This document shows, in pieces, positions 8,035 to 13,922 of a stretch of 32,000 bases of DNA. The position numbers and the translations under genes are program-made. The notes beneath the pieces were generated by a model. That model saw only the letters and a list, made by a program, of their open reading frames with translations. It did no database searches and had not been told where the DNA came from. The stretch lies in NCBI RefSeq assembly GCF_001457615.1, contig NZ_LN831024.1, positions 1,380,001-1,412,000 on the forward strand. Reading direction: 5' to 3'. Within the stretch, counting starts at the first letter, position 1, and each line of letters starts with the position of its first letter. This DNA is from Pseudomonas aeruginosa. Lineage in GTDB: Bacteria > Pseudomonadota > Gammaproteobacteria > Pseudomonadales > Pseudomonadaceae.

Positions 8035-8658
8035 TCAGGCCGGACGGCGGCTGAGCAGCAGGCCCAGTCCCGCGCTGCCGAGCAGCGCGGCGCAACCGCG
8101 GTTGAACAGACGCCGGGCCCGCTGGCCGGCGAGCAGCCGGCCGAGGTGGAGCCCGGCATAGGAATAAAGAGCGATGGCCAGCCATTCGAGCAGCAGGAAT
8201 GCCGCTCCGAGCTGGGCGAACTGGGCGCCCAGCGGTTGGCCGGGATCGACGAACTGCGGCAGGAAGGCGGTGAAAATCAGGATCGCCTTCGGGTTGCCCG
8301 CCGCCACCAGGAACTCCTGGCGCCCCAGGCGCCAGAGGCTGGGACGCGCCGGGCTGGCTTCGTTCGCCAGTGGCTGCGCATCGGTCCGCCACAATTGCAC
8401 CGCAAGCCACAACAGGTAGGCAGCGCCGAGCACCTTGATCGCCAGGAACAGCCAGGCCGAGGTGTGCAGCACCAGCGCCAGCCCGGAGGCGGCCAGGGCG
8501 AGCATGCCGGCGAATGCCAGCAGGCGCCCGCCGCCGGCCAGCGAGGCGGTGGCGAAACCGTGCCGGGCGGCGTTGTTCAGCGACAGCAGGTTGTTCGGCC
8601 CCGGCGCCAGGTTGAGGGCGAAGCAGGCGGGTACGAACAGGGCCCAGGCGACACTCAT
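8035..8658 (-). CDS. LysE/RhtB-family amino-acid efflux permease
   Basis: 207 aa, about 6 TM. N-terminal family motif LNLAPGPNNLLSLNNAARHG and internal NPKAILIFTAFLPQF. Confidence 0.85.
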   Translation of the reverse strand: MSVAWALFVPACFALNLAPGPNNLLSLNNAARHGFATASLAGGGRLLAFAGMLALAASGLALVLHTSAWLFLAIKVLGAAYLLWLAVQLWRTDAQPLANEASPARPSLWRLGRQEFLVAAGNPKAILIFTAFLPQFVDPGQPLGAQFAQLGAAFLLLEWLAIALYSYAGLHLGRLLAGQRARRLFNRGCAALLGSAGLGLLLSRRPA

Positions 8659-8670
8659 GCGGCCTCCCGC

Positions 8671-9018
8671 TCAGGCCAGGGCGGCGGCGTAGGCGTCGGG
8701 CTTGAAGCCGACCAGCGTCCTGCCGCCCAGCTCCAGCACCGGGCGCTTGATCATCGACGGCTGGGCCAGCATCAGCTCGATCGCCTTGGCTTCGTCGAGA
8801 TCGGCCTTCTGCGCTTCGTCGAGCTTGCGGAAGGTGGTGCCGGCGCGGTTGAGGACGGTTTGCCAGCCGTGCTCCGCGCACCAGCGCCGCAGGTGTTCGC
8901 GGTCGATGCCGACGGCCTTGTAGTCGTGGAAGTCGTAGGCGACCTTGTGCTCGTCGAGCCAGGTCCGAGCCTTCTTCATGGTGTCGCAGGCTTTGATGCC
9001 GTAGAGAACGTAGGTCAT
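8671..9018 (-). CDS. yffB: ArsC/Spx-family protein of the YffB subgroup (putative thiol reductase)
   Basis: 115 aa. MTYVLYGIKACDTMKKARTWLDEH...LNRAGTTFRKLDE...MIKRPVL is collinear with E. coli YffB ([21 protein letters not shown]...LNTRGTTWRKLDE...IIKRPLL). Confidence 0.88.
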   Translation of the reverse strand: MTYVLYGIKACDTMKKARTWLDEHKVAYDFHDYKAVGIDREHLRRWCAEHGWQTVLNRAGTTFRKLDEAQKADLDEAKAIELMLAQPSMIKRPVLELGGRTLVGFKPDAYAAALA

Positions 9019-9030
9019 TGCTTCTCCCGA

Positions 9031-9050
9031 GGCCCGGGTCTTCCCGGGCC
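9031..9050 (-). promoter_or_regulatory. All-G/C 8-bp hairpin abutting the yffB ribosome-binding site
   Basis: GGCCCGGG tctt CCCGGGCC. On the mRNA strand the hairpin is followed by a single C and then the SD-like gggagaag, 4 nt before the ATG at 9018. Confidence 0.4.
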
Positions 9051-9320
9051 CTGCCGATAGGTCGCCGAAAGGTGATCGCCGGATTATGCCACGTCGTTCC
9101 GCCCCTGTGCGGTCTCGGGGCTACCGCGCTCGGGAGCGGCGTGACGGCAGATAGCCGTGGACGGGCGGGCGGACAGGGAGCCGGGCTGTTTCCCTGGCCG
9201 GGAACGGAGAGAGCGCAGGTTGAACAGGTCGATTCGGCTCGCTGGAGAGCATCCTTACCGGTACTTTCGGAATGCTCCGGTCCGCGCTGTACAATCCTTC
9301 CCCCGCCGAGGAGATTTCCC

Positions 9321-9674
9321 ATGAGTTGCATCGGTCGCCAGATAGACCAATTACGCCTGCAGATACCGGGCTTCGCCTGCAAGCCCGGCTGCCACGATTG
9401 CTGCGGGCCGGTTACCGCCTCGTCGGAAGAGATGGCCCGCCTGCCGCTGAAGAGCGAGGCCGAACACGACGCCGCCCTGGCCGAGTGGAACTGCGTCCAT
9501 CTCGGACCGAACGGCTGCGAGGCCTATGAGGAACGTCCGCTGATCTGCCGGCTGTTCGGCACCACGCCGAACCTGCCCTGCCCGGAGGGGCGGGGGCCCG
9601 AAGTGCCGGTGGCGGAGCAGGTGGAGCGACAGGTGCATGCGCTGATCGCCAGCACTCGCCAGGTGCTGGTGTAG
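9321..9674 (+). CDS. YkgJ-family (CxxCxxCC-type) Zn/Fe-chelating cysteine-cluster protein
   Basis: 117 aa from MSCIGRQIDQLR; RBS gaggag lies 6 nt upstream. N-terminal cluster CKPGCHDCCGP and C-terminal CVHLGPNGCEAYEERPLICRLFG match the YkgJ pattern C..L...G.C..Y..RP..CR.F. The ORF-track 9018 start is an artefact. Confidence 0.8.
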   Translation: MSCIGRQIDQLRLQIPGFACKPGCHDCCGPVTASSEEMARLPLKSEAEHDAALAEWNCVHLGPNGCEAYEERPLICRLFGTTPNLPCPEGRGPEVPVAEQVERQVHALIASTRQVLV

Positions 9675-9691
9675 CGGCCTGCCCGCCGCTA
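9672..9691. terminator. Palindrome containing both stop codons of convergent genes (possible bidirectional hairpin, no U-tracts)
   Basis: TAGCGGC ctgccc GCCGCTA. TAG (9672-9674) ends the YkgJ-like gene and CTA (9689-9691) is the minus-strand stop of the next gene. Confidence 0.35.
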
Positions 9692-9982
9692 GGTTTCCGC
9701 GGTCTCGGTGGCGCGGGACTGCAGGGCCGGTTCGAAGGCTGGTTCGGGCGGCGTTTCCTCTAGGGGCATCGGCTCGTCCGCAGAGAGTTTCTGGAGAACC
9801 GCGGCGATCCGCTCGATGCTCTCTTCGAGCTCGAGCACCCGGTTGACCATGTACAGGATCATCTCCGGCGAACTCAGGTGCGCCAGCCGCATGGTCGCCT
9901 GCAAGTCGTCGTGGCGGTTGTCCCGGTCGGCCATCAGTGTCTCAGCCAGGCTCTTCAGCAACAGCATCTCGGCGCGCCTCAT
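9689..9982 (-). CDS. Small acidic hypothetical protein (97 aa) with a Pro/Glu-rich tail
   Basis: MRRAEMLLLKSLAETLMADRDNRHDDLQATMRLAHLSSPEMILYMVNRVLELEESIERIAAVLQKLSADEPMPLEETPPEPAFEPALQ... GGAG lies 9 nt upstream of this ATG. I recognise no family. Coding status rests on ORF length, codon bias and the expected locus-tag count. Confidence 0.6.
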   Translation of the reverse strand: MRRAEMLLLKSLAETLMADRDNRHDDLQATMRLAHLSSPEMILYMVNRVLELEESIERIAAVLQKLSADEPMPLEETPPEPAFEPALQSRATETAET

Positions 9983-10218
9983 GGGCCGCTGCTCCGCGAT
10001 TCCGCGGTAGGGGAAAAAGCTCGTTCCATCTCGCGACCTACCCGAAACGACTACATCCAAAGGTGTAATTCTACATTGCCATCACTTCGATCGTCGGACA
10101 ATAGCCGCGTTCCAGACGCCTTGCACAGGTGACGAACGGGACTCGAAGCGGCCTGGTCTGCATGGCCGGGTGATGGGCGAGTTCCTTGATGCGGGGCGGC
10201 GGCTGTTTGGCGCAGGAC

Positions 10219-10246
10219 AAAAAAAGCCCCGCCGGGTAGGCGAGGC
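10219..10246 (-). terminator. Rho-independent terminator downstream of the small lipoprotein gene
   Basis: Minus strand reads GCCTCGCC-taccc-GGCGGGGC-TTTTTTT: an 8-bp stem with one U-G pair, a 5-nt loop and a 7-U tail, 58 nt after the stop at 10304. Confidence 0.8.
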
Positions 10247-10303
10247 TCAGGGGGAGAACAGCGTGCGGGGGCTCGCTGTCCGGGATGAATCGTCGTGGTG
10301 CGC

Positions 10304-10663
10304 TTAGCCGCAGGGCTGCTGCGGACCGCCGGTCATGCTCTCGACGCTGTCCAGTACGGCATGGCCCTTGCCGACCTTCTGCACGTCGTCGACGTCGCGC
10401 ATGATGCTGCCGCCGTCGCTCATCTGGTTGCGGGTCTTGATCAGGTTGGTGGTGATGTCCAGCAGGCTGCGACCGGTAGCGATCAGGTCATTGGTGGCGC
10501 TGGGGGTGCAAGGGGTGTTGGCGGAGGCGACCTGAGCCTGGCCGGGTTGCCCGGGCTGGGTGGTGCGGTAGCCCTGGGTCAGTGCGTTCTGCTGGAGGCA
10601 GCCGGAGGTGGCGGCGAACATCGAGGCGAGCAGCAGTGCGGAAGTAAGTCCCTTGCTTGTCAT
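10304..10663 (-). CDS. Small putative lipoprotein (119 aa), family unknown
   Basis: MTSKGLTSALLLASMFAATSG|C has a signal peptide plus a lipobox-like TSGC. A Gln/Pro/Gly-rich linker (QGYRTTQPGQPGQAQ) follows, with two further Cys (TPCTP and the C-terminal QPCG). RBS aaggaa lies 7 nt upstream of the ATG at 10663. Confidence 0.72.
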   Translation of the reverse strand: MTSKGLTSALLLASMFAATSGCLQQNALTQGYRTTQPGQPGQAQVASANTPCTPSATNDLIATGRSLLDITTNLIKTRNQMSDGGSIMRDVDDVQKVGKGHAVLDSVESMTGGPQQPCG

Positions 10664-10984
10664 GGCGGCATTCCTTTGTCTGAGTGGGCGCTGCACCCCG
10701 TACTCCTTCGGGGCGTCGTCCTGGCCGACGCTACGGCGGGCCTGGACTGAAGGGGAGTGTAGGAGCGTCTCGCACCGCTATGAAATAGCTCGGATGTACT
10801 AGTGCGGGAACCTTGGCCGGGCGCCCCGGTCGTCGCCGCGGAGGGGGCGGACGCGCGGGGTAGAGCGGCGGGGCTAGGAAAGACCGTACGGATTGTGCGA
10901 ATGTCGGATAGCTGCCTACCGATCGCGATGGTGCAATCGGCGCAGTCGCATCGTCCAGGGACGAAGCCGGAGATCCCCGCCCTC

Positions 10985-12646
10985 ATGCAAACCGTGTACA
11001 CCGTTCTGACCCTGCTGCTGGTCGTCGGCGCCACCCGCCTGGCTGCCCAGTTGCTGCCCTTGCCGCTACCACTGATCCAGATCGCCGCCGGGGCCCTGCT
11101 GGCCTTGCCGTCCCTCGGACTGCACATTGCCCTCGACCCGGAGCTGTTCCTCTTCCTGTTCATTCCGCCGCTGCTGTTCGTCGATGGCTGGCGTATTCCC
11201 AAGCGGGAAGTCTGGCGGATGCGCTGGCCGATCCTGATGATGGCGTTCGGCCTGGTGTTCTTCACCGTGGTCGGCGCCGGCTATTTCATCCACCTGCTGA
11301 TCCCGGAAATTCCCCTGGCGGCTTCCTTCGCCCTCGCCGCCGTGCTGTCGCCCACGGACGCCCTGGCGGTCTCGGCGATCACCCAGGGGCGGCTGCCCAA
11401 GCGCCTGATGCACCTGCTGGAGGGCGAGGCGCTGATGAACGATGCCTCTGGCCTGGTGGCATTCAAGTTCGCCATCGCCGCGGCGATGACCGGCGTGTTC
11501 TCGCTGGTGGACGCCAGCCTCAACTTCCTCCTGGTCGCGGTCGGCGGCCTGGCCATCGGGGTGTTCCTCAGCTGGTCGCTGGGCCGCATCCGCGCCTGGA
11601 TGATCTCCCGTGGCTGGGACGACCCGGCGACCCACGTGGTACTGATGCTGTTGCTGCCGTTCGCCTCCTACATGGTGGCGGAACACCTGGGCGTCTCCGG
11701 GATTCTCTCGGCGGTAGCGGCCGGCATGATGCAGAGCTGGGTCGACCTGCTGCCGCGGCAGACTTCCACGCGCCTGCTCAACCGCAGCGTCTGGTCGATG
11801 CTGGAGTTCGCCTTCAACGGCGTGGTGTTCCTGCTGCTCGGCCTGCAGTTGCCGGACATCATGAAGTCGGTGGCCAACCACCACGGCGACCTGCTCTGGC
11901 GTTCCTCGCTGCTGCTGGCCTACGTGGCGGCGATCACCGCCGTGCTGATGCTGATCCGCTACGGCTGGGTCTATGGCTACTGGAAGCTGTCGCTGCGCAT
12001 CGACCGCTGGCGCGGCAAGAGCCCGCCCGGGCTGAGCGGCATCTCCCTGCGCCGTCTCTCCGCCCTCAGTGCATTGAGCGGCGTGCGTGGTGCGGTGACC
12101 CTGGCGGCGGTGCTGTCGGTACCGATGAGCCTGATGGATGGCAGCGCCTTCCCGCAGCGCGACCTGATCATCTTCATCGCCACCAGCGTGATCCTGATTT
12201 CCCTGATCGGCGCGACCATCGGCCTGCCGCTGCTGCTGCGCGGGCTGCCGGCGAGCAACAATGGCGCCCACGAGCGCGAGCGGCGCGAGGCCTGGCGCAA
12301 GACCGCGGAGGCGGCGATCCGGGCCCTGGAGAGCGAGGAATTGCCGCAGGTGGAAGGCAACGATGCGGCGAATACTTCGCGGGTCGCCGAGGCGCGTGCG
12401 CAGATCATGGCCGAATACCGCCAGTCGCTGGATACCGCACCGACCACCGATGAGGCCCGCGACCAGGCCCAAGCCCTGGAGATCGCCGACAAGGCCTTGC
12501 GCCTGAAGGCGTTGCGCGCGCAGCGCCTGGAACTGTACCGGCAGCGGCGCAACAACGAGATCGACGACGAGACCCTGGGCGACATCCTGCGCGAGCTGGA
12601 CCAGCAGGAAAGCTGGCTGACCAATCGCTTCGCCCGCTGGGTGTGA
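10985..12646 (+). CDS. CPA1-family (NhaP2-like) Na+(K+)/H+ antiporter with a cytoplasmic C-terminal helical domain
   Basis: The start MQTVYTVLTLLLVVGATRLAAQLL opens directly into TM1. About 12 hydrophobic segments are followed by about 130 charged residues (ERERREAWRKTAEAAIRALESEE...). The start is uncertain, with in-frame ATGs at 10901 and 10928. The ORF-track start at 10802 is unlikely. Confidence 0.82.
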   Translation: MQTVYTVLTLLLVVGATRLAAQLLPLPLPLIQIAAGALLALPSLGLHIALDPELFLFLFIPPLLFVDGWRIPKREVWRMRWPILMMAFGLVFFTVVGAGYFIHLLIPEIPLAASFALAAVLSPTDALAVSAITQGRLPKRLMHLLEGEALMNDASGLVAFKFAIAAAMTGVFSLVDASLNFLLVAVGGLAIGVFLSWSLGRIRAWMISRGWDDPATHVVLMLLLPFASYMVAEHLGVSGILSAVAAGMMQSWVDLLPRQTSTRLLNRSVWSMLEFAFNGVVFLLLGLQLPDIMKSVANHHGDLLWRSSLLLAYVAAITAVLMLIRYGWVYGYWKLSLRIDRWRGKSPPGLSGISLRRLSALSALSGVRGAVTLAAVLSVPMSLMDGSAFPQRDLIIFIATSVILISLIGATIGLPLLLRGLPASNNGAHERERREAWRKTAEAAIRALESEELPQVEGNDAANTSRVAEARAQIMAEYRQSLDTAPTTDEARDQAQALEIADKALRLKALRAQRLELYRQRRNNEIDDETLGDILRELDQQESWLTNRFARWV

Positions 12647-12650
12647 ACGA

Positions 12651-12678
12651 AAAAGGGATCGCCGCGGCGATCCCTTTT
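12651..12678. terminator. Bidirectional rho-independent terminator between the convergent antiporter and dapC genes
   Basis: Perfect 28-nt palindrome AAAAGGGATCGCCGCGGCGATCCCTTTT, so either strand gives a GC-rich stem followed by UUUU. Confidence 0.85.
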
Positions 12679-12696
12679 CGTTTCTCCGCGCAGGCT

Positions 12697-13905
12697 TCAG
12701 CGCGCCCGCAGGTAGTCGCGGATGCGCTCGGCGGCTTCGACGCACTCGGCCAGTGGTGCCACCAGGGCCATGCGCACGCGGTTGGCGCCGGGGTTCTCGC
12801 CGTCCACCTCGCGCGACAGGTAGGAACCCGGCACCACCGTCACGTGCTGCTGCTCGAACAGTTCGCGGGTGAATACGGTGTCGTCCACCGGGGTACGTGC
12901 CCACAGGTAGAAACTGCCGTCCGGGCGCTGTACGTCGAGCACGCCGTCGAGGATCGCCAGCACGGCGTCGAATTTCTCGCGGTAGAGGCTGCGGTTGGCG
13001 CGCACATGGACCTCGTCGTTCCAGGCGGCGATGCTCGCCAACTGGGTCTGCACCGGCATGGCGCAGCCGTGGTAGGTGCGGTAGAGGAGGAATTTCTTCA
13101 GGATCTCCGCGTCGCCGGCGACGAAGCCCGAGCGCAGGCCGGGCAGGTTGGAGCGCTTGGACAGGCTGTGGAACACCACGCAGCGGCTGAAGTCCGTGCG
13201 GCCCAGCTCGGCGCAAGCGTTGAGCAGGCCGGGCGGCGGGGCGTTTTCGTCGAAGTAGAGTTCGCTGTAGCACTCATCGGCGGCGATCACGAAGTCGTAG
13301 CGGTCGGCCAGGGCGATCAGCTTCTTCAGGGTCTCCAGCGGTACCAGGGCCCCGGTGGGGTTGCCCGGCGAGCAGAGGAAGAGAATCTGGCAGCGCTGCC
13401 AGGTCGCCTCGTCGACCGCGTCGAAATCGGGGTTGAAGCCGTTTTCCTCGCGGCAGGGCAGGTAGTGCGGCACGGCTCCGGCGAGCAGCGCCGCGCCTTC
13501 GTAGATCTGGTAGAACGGGTTCGGGCTGACCACCAGGCCAGGCGCCTCGCCGGGCTCGCTGCGGCGGACCACGGTCTGGGTGAAGGCGAACAGCGCCTCG
13601 CGGGTACCGTTCACCGGCAGTACGTGGCGCGCCGCATCCAGCCAGCCGGCCGGTACCGAGAAGCGCCGCTCGCACCAGCGCGCGATGGCTTCGCGCAGGG
13701 CCGGCAGGCCGAGGGTGGTCGGGTAGACCGCGAGTTGGTCCAGGTTCTCCGCCAGGGTTTCGGCGACGAAGCTCGGCGAGCGGTGCTTGGGCTCGCCGAT
13801 GGACAGTGCGATCGGCTTCAGCGTCGCGGGCGGCCGGGCGCCGCCGAGCAGGGCGCGGAGCTTCTCGAAGGGGTAGGGTTGGAGGTTGTCGAGTGCGGTA
13901 TTCAT
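12697..13905 (-). CDS. dapC: Succinyldiaminopimelate aminotransferase (class I PLP aminotransferase)
   Basis: 402 aa from MNTALDNLQPYPFEKLRALL. PLP-lysine motif SLSKRSNLPGLRSG, plus NPTG and PNPFYQIYEGA. It starts 17 nt downstream of the glnD stop. The 653-aa ORF-track entry is an upstream extension into glnD. Confidence 0.88.
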   Translation of the reverse strand: MNTALDNLQPYPFEKLRALLGGARPPATLKPIALSIGEPKHRSPSFVAETLAENLDQLAVYPTTLGLPALREAIARWCERRFSVPAGWLDAARHVLPVNGTREALFAFTQTVVRRSEPGEAPGLVVSPNPFYQIYEGAALLAGAVPHYLPCREENGFNPDFDAVDEATWQRCQILFLCSPGNPTGALVPLETLKKLIALADRYDFVIAADECYSELYFDENAPPPGLLNACAELGRTDFSRCVVFHSLSKRSNLPGLRSGFVAGDAEILKKFLLYRTYHGCAMPVQTQLASIAAWNDEVHVRANRSLYREKFDAVLAILDGVLDVQRPDGSFYLWARTPVDDTVFTRELFEQQHVTVVPGSYLSREVDGENPGANRVRMALVAPLAECVEAAERIRDYLRAR

Positions 13906-13922
13906 GGCGTTGGCAAGGCTTC

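Noticed and set aside
6971-9382. 803-aa ORF on the minus strand spanning dapD, the LysE-family gene, yffB and part of the next intergenic region
   Set aside because: Only the last 344 codons (from MSQSLFSLAFG at 8005) look like DapD. The upstream 459 codons are Arg/Pro/Ala/Gly-rich low-complexity sequence. They overlap two well-supported genes in other frames, the usual stop-codon scarcity of high-GC DNA.
10068-10096. Sigma70 promoter for the 97-aa gene using TAGAAT (minus strand, 10073-10068)
   Set aside because: The -10 is good, but the sequence at 17-18 nt upstream (CGACGA/CCGACG) is not -35-like and there is no TGn extension. It is mentioned only as part of the AT-rich patch and not annotated as a feature.
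10808-10816. GAACCTTGG upstream of the antiporter gene, matching the GAACCTT/AAGGTTC motifs in the plsB-ABC intergenic region
   Set aside because: It is a single 9-mer with no partner half-site or phased copies nearby. One such match on either strand of 32 kb is not far from chance expectation, so I do not treat it as a shared operator.
9983-10984. Two intergenic regions of identical length (321 bp each, 9983-10303 and 10664-10984) flanking the lipoprotein gene, suggesting a duplicated or inverted flank
   Set aside because: I found no sequence similarity, direct or inverted, between the two spacers when reading them. The equal length appears coincidental.
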